DNA from: Planctomycetota bacterium
Lineage (GTDB): Bacteria > Planctomycetota > UBA1135 > UBA2386
NCBI GenBank assembly: GCA_965223545.1
Contig: OZ245006.1
Span: 1,120,001 to 1,184,000, forward strand
Length of the DNA: 64,000 nt
Direction: 5' to 3'
Shown here: one piece after another, positions 1 to 11,894 of the stretch
Layout of the letters: every line of letters begins with the position of its first letter
Numbering within the stretch: the stretch's first letter is position 1
Made by a program: the position numbers and the translations under genes
The notes under the pieces: model-generated
Databases searched by the model: none
The model's input: the letters and a program-made list of their open reading frames with translations, nothing else
What the model was told of the DNA's origin: nothing

Positions 1-553
1 CGTCGTACTCGAGGAACCCGTGACTTCTTGCGCCAGCTGCGTCGATCGCAGTGACCGCACCCATCCTCCACCCAGCCCCATTGGAGTCTCGAAACGCGAG
101 ACCCCGCCCCTCCGCAACACCGTGCAGGTCGCACTCCACCCCGAGCTCGATCAAGAGATCGCCACTGCCCTCCGGCAACGCCGTGAAGAGGAAGCTCTGC
201 TCGAGACCGCCGGCGACGATCTCGTAGCGCTCGGTGACCACGCCGTGGACGTACTCGGCGCGACGGCGACCATCCACGATCCGTGGCATGCCGACGGCGG
301 CAGCCAGCCGCTCCCCTCTCTCCCGCCGAACGCCGATCAGGCGCAGGGCGAAACAGACCCGGTCGCCTGCCACGGAGAACGCGACTTGGTCAGGGCGCAA
401 CGTGACGGAGAGGCCTCCGGCCAACACCGCGCGATGATCCGCCCCGAACCGATCCTCTCCAACCGATCGGTCGGAAATGTCAACGAGAGCATCAGCCGTG
501 GGGGTCTGCGCGTTGGCTAGCGCGGCAACAGCAACAACCAATAGGGTTCTCAT
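1..553 (-). CDS. Secreted protein, 3'-truncated by the window edge; N-terminal domain of the type found ahead of FG-GAP/SBBP repeats (DUF7948-like)
   Basis: Not in the ORF track because it runs off the edge. Manual translation from ATG 553: MRTLLVVAVAALANAQ...RRAEYVHGVVTERYEIVAGGLEQSFLFTALPEGSGDLLIEL...GAVTAIDAAG. Has a signal peptide and a GGAG RBS upstream, and no stop to the window edge. Confidence 0.75.
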   Translation of the reverse strand, partial: MRTLLVVAVAALANAQTPTADALVDISDRSVGEDRFGADHRAVLAGGLSVTLRPDQVAFSVAGDRVCFALRLIGVRRERGERLAAAVGMPRIVDGRRRAEYVHGVVTERYEIVAGGLEQSFLFTALPEGSGDLLIELGVECDLHGVAEGRGLAFRDSNGAGWRMGAVTAIDAAGARSHGFLEYD

Positions 554-593
554 GATCACGGTCTCCGTGTCGAGGTGTCGGAGTGGTCGGCGG

Positions 594-2502
<1,909 letters not shown>

Positions 2503-2712
2503 TCCTTCTACCTCAGCCTTCGAGCCTCAGAGCGTCCTGAGCACCTTGACACGATCACGAGTATCAACGCCTACGCCAAATGGTCAACCCCCACGGCCTC
2601 GCCCTGAAGCCGCGACGCATCGACCGGAAACCCGTGGATCGCGCCCGCCCGCCGCCTATTCTCTGCCGGCGAATGCCGGGCCGGCGCGCCGGCCCCCAAC
2701 CCCTCTCGAGCC

Positions 2713-3603
2713 ATGACTTTCGAACAGCAGCTGAACAAGATCAAGACCGCCGACGGCTTCATCGCCGCGCTCGACCAGAGCGGTGGCAGCACCCCCAAGG
2801 CCCTGCGTCTGTATGGCGTGGAGGAGTCGGATTACTCGGGCGAAGCCGAGATGTTCGACAAGATCCACGAGATGCGCACGCGCATCGTCACCGACCGCAC
2901 CTTCAACGGGGATCGCATCCTCGGCGCCATTCTGTTCGAGATGACCATGGACCGGCAGATCGGCGGCAAGGGTTCGGCCGAGTATCTGTGGCAGGACAAG
3001 AACGTGGTGCCGTTCTTGAAGATCGACAAGGGGCTCGAGGCGGAAGCCGACGGTGCGCAGCGGATGAAGCCGATGCCGGGGTTGGACGCGCTGCTGGCGC
3101 GCGCCAAGACGCACGGCGTGTTCGGCACCAAGGAGCGCTCGGTGATCAAGCACGCCAACGAGACCGGCGTCAACGCGGTCGTCGACCAGCAGTTCGAGGT
3201 CGGCCACCAGGTGCTCGCCGCGGGGCTGGTGCCGATCTTGGAGCCCGAGGTCGACATCAACAGCCCGACCAAGGCCGAGGCCGAGCAGATGCTGAAGAAG
3301 CGCATCCACGAGCAGCTCGGCAGCGTCGCCGACGGCAAGCAAATCATGCTCAAGCTGACGCTGCCCAGTGAGGACGGCTTCTATGCGGACGTGATCGCCC
3401 ACCCCAAGGTGCTCAAGGTCGTGGCGCTCTCCGGCGGCTACAGCCGCGAGGAAGCCAACGCCAAGCTCACCAACAACAAGGGCATGATCGCCAGCTTCAG
3501 CCGCGCGCTCACCGAGGGGCTGAGCGCGCAGCAGAGTGACGACGAGTTCAGCCGCACTCTCGACGGCGCCATCCAAAGCATCTTCGACGCGTCGAAGACC
3601 TGA
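2713..3603 (+). CDS. fda: Fructose-1,6-bisphosphate aldolase, class I
   Basis: GFIAALDQSGGSTPKAL, VPFLKIDKGL, FGTKERS, PILEPEV, VALSGGYSR and ASFSRAL motifs. Confidence 0.95.
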   Translation: MTFEQQLNKIKTADGFIAALDQSGGSTPKALRLYGVEESDYSGEAEMFDKIHEMRTRIVTDRTFNGDRILGAILFEMTMDRQIGGKGSAEYLWQDKNVVPFLKIDKGLEAEADGAQRMKPMPGLDALLARAKTHGVFGTKERSVIKHANETGVNAVVDQQFEVGHQVLAAGLVPILEPEVDINSPTKAEAEQMLKKRIHEQLGSVADGKQIMLKLTLPSEDGFYADVIAHPKVLKVVALSGGYSREEANAKLTNNKGMIASFSRALTEGLSAQQSDDEFSRTLDGAIQSIFDASKT

Positions 3604-3628
3604 GCGGCGGCGGCCGCGCGGCGATGCG

Positions 3629-5017
3629 ATGACGGCGGGCGCGGACAGCGGGTCGCCCCGGCCGCGCGGCCGGCCGGTGGCGGTCGGCGACATCCGGCGC
3701 CTGCACATCGAGCGCCTCGCCGACGGCCCGGACGGGCTGGCGCGGATCGACGGCTACGTCGTCTTCGTACCCGGCGCGTTGCCGGGTGAGGACGTGCGCG
3801 CCGAGATCACCAGCGCCAAGGCCAAGCTCGCGCGCGCCGCGCTGCGCGGCGTCGAGCGGCCCGCGGCGACGCGCGTCGCGCCCGAGTGCCGGCACTTCGA
3901 CGAGTGCGGCGGCTGCGACTGGCAGCACTGCGCCTACGATGCCCAGCTGCAGTTGAAGACCGCCCGCGTGCGCAGTGCGCTGCAGCACGCCCTCGGCGCT
4001 GCCGCAGCGGAGGTCGTGGCCCCGATGGTCGGTCCGCTGCAACCGTACGAGCAGCGCACCAAGGTCGCGCTACAGCTCGAAGTCCACGGCGGGCGGCTGC
4101 GCGCCGGCCTGCGGCAGCGGCGCAGCATGCAGCTGGTGCCGCTGCACGAGTGCCCGGTGAGCCAGGCGTCGGCGTTCGCGCTGGCGCGCGCCGCCGCCAC
4201 CGCCCTGCGGCGCGGCGTGCCGGAGGCGGAGCAGTCCGCGCTACGCGCGGTCGTGGTGCGCGCCGCGGCGGGCACCGGCGAACACGCGGTGCTGCTGGTC
4301 GCCGGCCGCCAGCACGTGACCGGGGTCGACGCGGTCGCCGGCGAGCTCGCCGACGCAGGCGCGACGACGGTCGCGGTCAACCTCAACCCCGGCCCGCGCG
4401 CGCGCCTGCTCGGGCCGCGCACGCACGTTGTGCACGGCCCACCGCGCATCACCGAGCGGATCGACGGCCTGACCTACCAGTGCTCCCCGGCCGCGTTTTT
4501 CCAGACCTCGGCCTTCGGCGCGGAATGGCTGGTGCAGAACGTGCCCGCCCTGCTGCGCGCCGGCGCCGACGACCGCGCGCTGGATCTCTACTGCGGCGGA
4601 GGACTCCTGTCGCTGGCGCTGGCACGGACCTGCCGCGCGGTGACCGGCGTCGAGCGCAACGCGGCCGCGGTCGGCGACGCGCGCGCGTCGGCCGCGGCCA
4701 GCGGGCTGCACAACGCGAAGTTCACCTGCGGCGCGGCCGCGCAGGTCGCCCGCCGGCTGCTCGACCGCCGCGGCCCGCGCACGCAGATCGCGGTGCTCGA
4801 TCCACCGCGCGCCGGCTGCGACGCCGAGTTGCTGGATCTGATCGGCAAATCGGACCTGCAACGATTGGCCTACGTATCGTGCGATCCATCCGCGCTGGCC
4901 CGCGACGCGGATGCGCTGACCGAGCGCGGCTTCGCCCTGCAGCACGTCCAGCCGCTCGACATGTTTCCCCACACGCACCACGTCGAGTGCGTCGCGGTGA
5001 TGCAGCGCCGCCGGTAG
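3629..5017 (+). CDS. rlmD: 23S rRNA (uracil-5)-methyltransferase, RlmD/TrmA family
   Basis: TRAM domain (VFVPGALPGE), [4Fe-4S] motif CRHFDECGGC, FFQ, DLYCGGG, LDPPRAG, YVSCDP and DMFPHTHHVE. Confidence 0.9.
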   Translation: MTAGADSGSPRPRGRPVAVGDIRRLHIERLADGPDGLARIDGYVVFVPGALPGEDVRAEITSAKAKLARAALRGVERPAATRVAPECRHFDECGGCDWQHCAYDAQLQLKTARVRSALQHALGAAAAEVVAPMVGPLQPYEQRTKVALQLEVHGGRLRAGLRQRRSMQLVPLHECPVSQASAFALARAAATALRRGVPEAEQSALRAVVVRAAAGTGEHAVLLVAGRQHVTGVDAVAGELADAGATTVAVNLNPGPRARLLGPRTHVVHGPPRITERIDGLTYQCSPAAFFQTSAFGAEWLVQNVPALLRAGADDRALDLYCGGGLLSLALARTCRAVTGVERNAAAVGDARASAAASGLHNAKFTCGAAAQVARRLLDRRGPRTQIAVLDPPRAGCDAELLDLIGKSDLQRLAYVSCDPSALARDADALTERGFALQHVQPLDMFPHTHHVECVAVMQRRR

Positions 5018-5117
5018 GGACACCCCCCCAACGCGCGCAGTTTCTCGCCGATTCGGCCTCCGGTGCCGGCACGCGCTGCCGGTTTCAGAGTCGTCTCCCA
5101 CACCGGAAAGGCCATCG

Positions 5118-5537
5118 ATGCTCTCAACCAAGCGCTTCCCGATCTCCGCACTGCTAACCCTATCGACTGTGTGGCTCTGCACCGCCGCGGTGCCGGCACC
5201 GCCGGCCGACCACGCTCGCGCGGACCGAGCCGCCGCCGTCGCCCTCGATGCCCGGATGGAGACCGGAATCGGCGTCTGGATCTTGCCCGGTGCCGCGCAA
5301 GTCCCGCTCGGCGCGCTGATTCAGGTGCTCAACGACACCCCCCACACGATCTCCGTCACCATCCGTAACCAAACCACCGGAACTCTCGAGCACAAGGTCG
5401 ACGTCAAGGCCTGGGGGTCGACCTCATGGACGGTTGCGGGCACTGCCGGGGACACCCTCAAGACCGAGGCCAAGCGCGGCTCCCGGCTGCTCGAGGATCA
5501 CGTCCACACCATCGTACTGGACAACAAGGTCCCGTGA
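5118..5537 (+). CDS. Small secreted hypothetical protein, beta-strand-rich
   Basis: N-terminal hydrophobic signal and protein-like composition; fills the gap between two genes. Confidence 0.6.
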   Translation: MLSTKRFPISALLTLSTVWLCTAAVPAPPADHARADRAAAVALDARMETGIGVWILPGAAQVPLGALIQVLNDTPHTISVTIRNQTTGTLEHKVDVKAWGSTSWTVAGTAGDTLKTEAKRGSRLLEDHVHTIVLDNKVP

Positions 5538-5559
5538 GCACGGTGCACGGCTCCGGCGA

Positions 5560-7902
5560 TCACGGCACGGTGACGCGGGCGACGTTGGACACCGCCTGCA
5601 CGCGCCCCTGTGCGTCGTACACGAACCCCACCGCGTCCAACGTGGTCCCGCTCAACGCAACCGCCACCGCCGCCGGCAGCCGGAACGGCGCGTTTGGGTA
5701 CGCCCCGGCGGCCCCCGTCGCGGCGAAGTGGAACGGGTTGCCGACCGCCATGGCCGCACCGAGGCTGGCCGCCGTCAACGCGTCCGGCTCGAGCCCGAGG
5801 ATGTGGCCCGCCGCGAGCGGCCGGTGCGTCGCCAACGAGAACAGCGTATAGCCGCCGGCGAACCCGCTCGGCGCGCGCAGCAGCTGCACGTCGAGCTGAC
5901 CCGGCGCCGGCGCGTCGAGCCGCAGCTCCATCGCCGAGCGGTCGCGCAGCCCGCCGGTGCCGCTGGTCACCAGCGCGTAGTCGACGTCGAACGCCGCCGT
6001 CTGCACGTGCGCATCCTGGCGCACGGCCGTGGCGCGCACGTCGATGCGCGCGACACCGCTCGGCGGCGACGCGAGCCACACGTTCTCCAGCGTGTCGACG
6101 TCGTTGGCGGTCCCGCCCGGCAGGCTGAACATGTTGGCCTCCAGCCCGAAGTTGCCCCAGTAGGCCTGCCCGTCCGGCGCGGTCACCGCCAAGTCGACGC
6201 TGTTGATCCGCGTCGGGTTCGCCGCCGGCATCGCCGGCGGCTCGGCGTGCGTCATCGTCACCCGCAGCTCCGGCGTGCCGGGCGGCACCCAGACCCAGTA
6301 CGTCTGCGTCTCGCCCTGCCGCAGCACGTCGAGCTCATCGATGACCAGCATGCCGTCGCGCTGACGCCACAGCTGGGCGACGTCGGGCATGCCCCAACCC
6401 TGGTGGTTGCGCGCCATGTCGTGGTTGGCACCCGAGAACGCGTGCTGCCGCGCGGTGTTGACCAGCAGCGCCTTCGTCGTGGTGAAGTGCGGCGTGTAGT
6501 CGAAGCGCGACTGCCAACCGGGCGCCGCCGGATAGCCGAACGCGCCGTCGGTGAACAGCTCGATCGCCAGGCCGACGAAGCCCGCCACGATCGAGGTCGA
6601 GCCCGAGGTTCCGCCGAAGCTTGCGTAGCCGGTCGGCCCACCGCCAACCGTATCGATCGAGTCGTAGTGGTGGCTCAGCTCGGGCTTGATACGCCCGTCG
6701 GTCGTCGGCCCGCCAGCCGACGTGTTGCACCAGCAGTCATCGGCGAAGTTGAGGTTCTCGAAGTGCATGTAGCCCGCGACGGCGATGATGTTCTTCGCCC
6801 ACGCGGTCGGCCGCCCGACGTTGCCGGGGCTGTTGCCGGTCGGCTGCGTGATCGGCAGGTCGTGGTCGAACAGGATCTGGTCCATCTCCGCCGACCGCGC
6901 CGTGTAGGCGTTGGTGCGCGGATAGCCCCACGCCGCCGACTGGAACATCGCGCGGTAGGGCTGCGCCGGATCGACCAGCATGCCGACCAAGGAGTGGCGG
7001 GTGGACTGGTTGATGACGTAGGCGAGGTCGGTGTAGAGCCCCTGCCCGTCGGGCAAGACACCGCGCACCTTGGGCACCAACCCCGCGGCGAACATCACGC
7101 CGAAAGTCGCGGTGCCGTGCGCACTCGTGCCGCCCTGCACGACCGGGATCGGCGCCGAGCGGTAGGGGTTGGCGGCAAACTCCGGGTGCGTGGCGTGCAC
7201 GGCCTCGAGCACGTGCCCGCGCACACCCTTGCCGGTGTGGCCGCCGATCGACTCGAGGAACGTCGCGCCGCCGAGAATGCGCACCAGGTCCATGTCCAGC
7301 TCGATCGCGCCGGCCGGCTCGATCCAGCACACCTGATCGGCGCGCGCGACCGCCAGCAGCTGCGCCGGCGTCAGCGTCGCCTCCGCCACCAGCCCTTCTC
7401 CCGGTGGCAGCTCGAGCGTGCCGCCGACGCGCTCGATGGCGCGCGCCAGCGGCGCGGCGTCGACGACCGGCTCGGTCAACACCAACACGTAGCGATCGCG
7501 CACCAGCGTGCCGGCATCCAGCGCACACAGCAGCTCGGGGGCCAGGCGGAACGCCGGATGCCACGGCCCCACCCAGCGGATTCCATCGCGCGCGGCGACC
7601 TGGGCGGCCGCGGCGGCCGGGCCGCGCACGAGGTATGCCTGCTCCGGCACGTAGCGACACAGGGCCAAGCCTGCACCAGTGACCGCCGCGCGCAGGTCGT
7701 CGGTCCACGGCGCCTCGGCCTGCACGCAGAACAACGCCTCGCCCGGCGCCGCGCGCAGCGCGTCGGGCACGACGAGTGGCACGGCGAGCGGATCGACCGA
7801 GTGCCCCGCGACACAGACCGACTGCGCGCGCGGCGCGGCGCCAACGGCGAGGGTGGTGAGGACGGCGGCGAACAGAGACGCGGGGTGGCACGGATTCGGC
7901 AC
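5560..7902 (-). CDS. S8 subtilisin-like serine peptidase with prodomain and C-terminal extensions
   Basis: Signal peptide, GKGVRG, HGTAT (His), TGN (oxyanion Asn), DGRIKPE, GGTSGS (Ser), KALLVNTA and QGWG. Confidence 0.9.
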   Translation of the reverse strand: MPNPCHPASLFAAVLTTLAVGAAPRAQSVCVAGHSVDPLAVPLVVPDALRAAPGEALFCVQAEAPWTDDLRAAVTGAGLALCRYVPEQAYLVRGPAAAAAQVAARDGIRWVGPWHPAFRLAPELLCALDAGTLVRDRYVLVLTEPVVDAAPLARAIERVGGTLELPPGEGLVAEATLTPAQLLAVARADQVCWIEPAGAIELDMDLVRILGGATFLESIGGHTGKGVRGHVLEAVHATHPEFAANPYRSAPIPVVQGGTSAHGTATFGVMFAAGLVPKVRGVLPDGQGLYTDLAYVINQSTRHSLVGMLVDPAQPYRAMFQSAAWGYPRTNAYTARSAEMDQILFDHDLPITQPTGNSPGNVGRPTAWAKNIIAVAGYMHFENLNFADDCWCNTSAGGPTTDGRIKPELSHHYDSIDTVGGGPTGYASFGGTSGSTSIVAGFVGLAIELFTDGAFGYPAAPGWQSRFDYTPHFTTTKALLVNTARQHAFSGANHDMARNHQGWGMPDVAQLWRQRDGMLVIDELDVLRQGETQTYWVWVPPGTPELRVTMTHAEPPAMPAANPTRINSVDLAVTAPDGQAYWGNFGLEANMFSLPGGTANDVDTLENVWLASPPSGVARIDVRATAVRQDAHVQTAAFDVDYALVTSGTGGLRDRSAMELRLDAPAPGQLDVQLLRAPSGFAGGYTLFSLATHRPLAAGHILGLEPDALTAASLGAAMAVGNPFHFAATGAAGAYPNAPFRLPAAVAVALSGTTLDAVGFVYDAQGRVQAVSNVARVTVP

Positions 7903-7941
7903 GGCGAGAACCTCCGCCGAGATCCTAAGTGCCCGGCGACC

Positions 7942-10290
7942 TCAGGGCGTCAACCGCAACGCCACCGGGTTCGAAACCATGGCAAAGCTCCCGAGCAGGG
8001 TGTAGGCGAAGTGCGCGGTCAGACCCGTGGCCGCCGGCAAGGGCGGCAGCGCCACCCCGGCGGTGCCCGCCCCGGCGGCGTCGAGCGTGCCGACGAAGCC
8101 GGGGAACAACGAAGTGTTGGCGAAGGTCGCCACGATCTGGGTGAACGGGTCGGGGTTGAGGGGTAGCCGCGCGCCCCCCGGCAGCGGCAGGCCCGGCGCC
8201 GTGCCGGACACCGAGCCTAGCACGGCGTAGCTCTGGCCGGCGTGCAGTGCGCCGGCGACCAGGCTCAGGCCCAGGTCTCCGCCCGTCGATGCCGGCAGCG
8301 CGCTGCGATCCCGCCGCAACGGCATCGCCGGATCGAGCAGCACGGCTGCCCCTTCACTGATCGCCGATACCCAGAGATTGCCCTCGCCGTCGAACGCGCA
8401 GTCGCCGAGCTGATAGTGCGGCAACGGCGACGAGCCGAAGCTCCACGTCTGCCAGCGGCTGGGATCGCGGATGTCGCCGTCGATGATCACCGCGCCGTTG
8501 GGGTACGGCACCACGGTCGAGGTGTCGCGCGTCGCCAAGCCGAGGACGCCGTCGGCACGCACGTCGACGCCGGTGACGACGGGCGCGGGCAACGGCGAGT
8601 TGCGCAGGTTGTAGACCCAAAACGCCTGCCGGTCCCAGTGCACGAGACCGCGGCCGGTGCCGAACCACAGGGTGTCGTCGGGCGCCACCGCGAAGCTCTG
8701 CACGCCGCGGAGGTCGAAGAAGAAGTTGACGTTGGGCAGCTCGAGCTTGCCCCACTGCGATCCGTTCCAGTGGTGCACCTCATCGCCGTCCGCCACCCAC
8801 AGCTCGCCGCGGCTGTCGGCGACCATGCCGGGCAAGCCCGAGTTGGAGAACGACGCCACCGGCTCGAGCACCCACGTCGTGCCGTCGAAGCGGTAGATCG
8901 GGCCGAAGGTCGAGGCGGCGAACAACCGGCCCTGCGCGTCTTCCGCGAAGTGCGTGATCAGCGTGGTGCCGAGCGCCGGCGTGTTCCGGTAGTTCCAGAA
9001 GCCGGTGAACGTCCCGCTCGCCGGATCCCAGCGCCCGATGCCGTTGCCCCCCATCCAGCCGACGCCGTTGCGGTCCTCGTAGTAGCCGCCCATCGGCTCG
9101 CTGCCGGCGAACGGATACGGCTCGGAGCCGCCGTTGTGCTCGCCCCAGTTGCGCCACCGCGACCCGTCGAACCGGCTCAGCCCCGACTCCCCACTGGCAA
9201 CCCACAAGTTGCCCGAGCGATCGAGGTCGAAGCGGTCGACGAAGTAGTCGCCGATGCCGGTGTTGAACGTGCTGTAGACCGCGACGACCGATCCTGCAGC
9301 GTCGAAGCGCCGCACCGCCCCGGGCCCCGCGATCCACACCTCGTCGCTGCCCGGATCGGGCGCGATGTCGACGGCGCGGATGCCGAGCTGGGCGAACGTC
9401 GAGAACGACTGGCCACCGTCGCGCGTGACGCGCACCGTGCCGTTCCAATCGCCGAGGAACACGCTGCCGTCGTCGTCGACGCCGATCGAGTACGGCGTCG
9501 CGCCGGCCGGGATCCGGGTGAATGCGGTCGCCGGCGGCGCCGCCGGGTCGAAGCGGTAGAAGGCATTGCTGCGCCCCGAGCGCACGCGCAGCCAGACGAT
9601 GCCGGCGGTGTCGACGGCCATGCGGCTGAAGATGTCCACCCCGGCGCCGTGTAGCTGCCAGGTCACGCCATCGAACTCGGCCACGCCGAAGTGCGACTCC
9701 GCGGCGACGAACACGTGGCCGCGCTGGTCGACGGCGAGCCCGCTCAAGCCGGAGAACACGCCGGGCCAGGGCAGCTCGGCGCCGATCGTGAACTGGCGCC
9801 ACGACCCGCCGTCGAACTCGAACAGAGCGCCACCGGTGATCGACGAGGTGTTGTTGACCCAGATGTGCCCGTCGGGCGCCACCGCGACGTCGCGGATCAC
9901 CGGATGCAACAGCGGCGAATTCGCCGGCGTGTAGGTGGTGGAGACCCCGTTGGCCCAGTGCACGAGACCGCCGTCCGTCGCGATCCAGGCGGAACCGTCC
10001 GTAGCCCAAGCAAGATCGTTCGGGAAGGCCGACGGAAAGCCCCCGACCCGGGTGCCGTACGTGGTCCACAGGTCGGTGCCGCGGTGGTAGAGGCCGACGC
10101 CCCCCTCCCGCCAGAACGGCCAGCGCGCGCCGACCCAGAACAGTCCGTCCGGGGCGAACCCGATGGTGCGGATCTCTTCGCCCGGAACACCGCTCCCACC
10201 GGGACGGACGAGCTCCATGGTTTGCGTACGGGGAACACCGGAGAGGGCGGCCAGGAGGGCCAGGGCACATACGGAAGAGACGGGGCGCAT
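7942..10290 (-). CDS. Secreted multi-beta-propeller protein (two-component-regulator propeller/PorZ-like repeats)
   Basis: Repeats such as D-x-x-G-x-x-W-x-x-T-x-x-GL, NSPLP and FDG-x-x-W. Signal peptide MRPVSSVCALALLAALSG. The ORF-track start at 10962 overlaps the divergent gene and is too long. Confidence 0.8.
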   Translation of the reverse strand: MRPVSSVCALALLAALSGVPRTQTMELVRPGGSGVPGEEIRTIGFAPDGLFWVGARWPFWREGGVGLYHRGTDLWTTYGTRVGGFPSAFPNDLAWATDGSAWIATDGGLVHWANGVSTTYTPANSPLLHPVIRDVAVAPDGHIWVNNTSSITGGALFEFDGGSWRQFTIGAELPWPGVFSGLSGLAVDQRGHVFVAAESHFGVAEFDGVTWQLHGAGVDIFSRMAVDTAGIVWLRVRSGRSNAFYRFDPAAPPATAFTRIPAGATPYSIGVDDDGSVFLGDWNGTVRVTRDGGQSFSTFAQLGIRAVDIAPDPGSDEVWIAGPGAVRRFDAAGSVVAVYSTFNTGIGDYFVDRFDLDRSGNLWVASGESGLSRFDGSRWRNWGEHNGGSEPYPFAGSEPMGGYYEDRNGVGWMGGNGIGRWDPASGTFTGFWNYRNTPALGTTLITHFAEDAQGRLFAASTFGPIYRFDGTTWVLEPVASFSNSGLPGMVADSRGELWVADGDEVHHWNGSQWGKLELPNVNFFFDLRGVQSFAVAPDDTLWFGTGRGLVHWDRQAFWVYNLRNSPLPAPVVTGVDVRADGVLGLATRDTSTVVPYPNGAVIIDGDIRDPSRWQTWSFGSSPLPHYQLGDCAFDGEGNLWVSAISEGAAVLLDPAMPLRRDRSALPASTGGDLGLSLVAGALHAGQSYAVLGSVSGTAPGLPLPGGARLPLNPDPFTQIVATFANTSLFPGFVGTLDAAGAGTAGVALPPLPAATGLTAHFAYTLLGSFAMVSNPVALRLTP

Positions 10291-10489
10291 CGTTTGGCTC
10301 ACTCGCATCAGAAGACGTTCACTCGAGATGGAGTTGCCGGTCGGTGGGGATCGACTGCACTCCTGATCGGGGATGGGCCCGCACGCCCACCGAGTTCGCG
10401 TTACTCGCTCGTAACAGAGCGCGGGCGCAGCGGGCCAGAAGACGCGCACGAGCCGCACGGCCCGGGGCTTGCACGTTGCGGCGATCGCG

Positions 10490-11872
10490 ATGGCAAGCAA
10501 CTCCGTACTGTGGTTCCTCGGCGCGACCGCGACGCTCGCCGCCGGATGCACGCAGCCCATGCCAGTGCGCCCACCGGCGCACGGCCAGGAGCGCGTCGAG
10601 GATTTTGGCGCGTTGGTCCCCCGAGCCGGCACTCCGCGCGCGCACACTGCGGTGCGCCTGGAGCGCGTCACGACCGCGGTGCCGTGGCCGCGCGGACTCG
10701 CCTGGGTCGACGGCGAGCTGGTCGTGCTGGCCCGCGGCCGGCACCGCCGCGCCGGCGGCATCGACACCGCGATCGCCGATCGCTCCGGCAGTCTGTTCGC
10801 CGTCGATCCACACATCGTCGAACCGGTCCAGCCAGGCCGTGCCGCCGGCGCCGCGGTGCGCAAAAACGCGCGCCTGCTCACCGCCCCCCAGCAGAATCCG
10901 TTCTTGCTGTACACGGGCGGCGAGCCCCGCGCCGACACGCGCATGGATCGGCCGTACTGCACGCTGATCTACGACGACGCGTCGCGCAATCTGTTCGTCT
11001 GCGGCTACAGCGGCGTGGATCTGCCGGCCAACGTCTTCCGCAAGAACGCCACCGACTCGATCCACCGCTTCGACCTGCGCACCCAACGCTGGCTGCCGGT
11101 CGAGCTGCACGACGCTTCGATCGTGCCACCGGCGGCACTCGGCCGGGTCGTCGCCAACACCTACTACCCCCACCACGACCCCGCACAGAACGCGGCGCCG
11201 CACGGCTGGCTCAACGGCCCCAATGGCGGCTGCGTCGCTGGCCGCTATCTGTACTGCACCGGCAAGGACAACCACAGCATCGCGCGCTACGACCTCGAGG
11301 CGGTGCGCCGCGACCCGCACGCTGCACCACCGCCGAGTCAGCGCGTGCTCGGCGCCGAGGTGCTGGTGCGGCATCCCGGCGGCACGCGAACGATGCAGGC
11401 CCTCGGGCCGAGCGCCGCGGTGGCGCGTGACGGCTGGCTGTACGTCGGCTACCGCACCTCGTCGGTCGTGCTGCGCTTCGCCATCGACGACGACGGCGCG
11501 CTGCGGCAGCCGGCGATCGGCGAGCTGATCGCGGTGTTCGAGCCGTGGCGCGCGGCGCGCGGGCGCAGCGCCAACTTGATCGACCTGGCCTTCAACCACC
11601 GCGGCGAGCTGTTCGCGTCGTGCGCGACCGATGGCCGCATCTGGCGCATCGGTATCCCCGACCCAGCCACGCCATTCTTCGGTGACGACAGCGGCGAGCG
11701 GCCGGCCAGCGCGCCGCCGTACATCGACCTCGCCGCCCACGTCGGCCACAAGACCAACTGCGGCAACATCACGTTCGACGCCGAGGACCGGCTGTACCTA
11801 TGCTCCGGCAACTACGACGCCGGCACCGACTTGGCGGGTGTCATCTACCGCGTCGTCGAGCAGTCCGAGTGA
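10490..11872 (+). CDS. Hypothetical lipoprotein, probable beta-propeller
   Basis: Lipobox LAAGC; WPRGLA, GPNG and GNITFD propeller-like motifs. Confidence 0.7.
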   Translation: MASNSVLWFLGATATLAAGCTQPMPVRPPAHGQERVEDFGALVPRAGTPRAHTAVRLERVTTAVPWPRGLAWVDGELVVLARGRHRRAGGIDTAIADRSGSLFAVDPHIVEPVQPGRAAGAAVRKNARLLTAPQQNPFLLYTGGEPRADTRMDRPYCTLIYDDASRNLFVCGYSGVDLPANVFRKNATDSIHRFDLRTQRWLPVELHDASIVPPAALGRVVANTYYPHHDPAQNAAPHGWLNGPNGGCVAGRYLYCTGKDNHSIARYDLEAVRRDPHAAPPPSQRVLGAEVLVRHPGGTRTMQALGPSAAVARDGWLYVGYRTSSVVLRFAIDDDGALRQPAIGELIAVFEPWRAARGRSANLIDLAFNHRGELFASCATDGRIWRIGIPDPATPFFGDDSGERPASAPPYIDLAAHVGHKTNCGNITFDAEDRLYLCSGNYDAGTDLAGVIYRVVEQSE

Positions 11873-11894
11873 GCAGGGAGACTTGGCCCCCACC

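Noticed and set aside
20..520. 166-aa plus-strand ORF
   Set aside because: Antisense shadow of the minus-strand secreted protein starting at 553, which has an RBS, a signal peptide and a recognisable motif.
5434..8166. Very long Arg/Ala-rich ORFs (also 20370-22736, 55379-58681, 58709-61261 and others)
   Set aside because: Antisense or alternate-frame shadows of well-supported genes, as expected from stop-codon scarcity at high GC.
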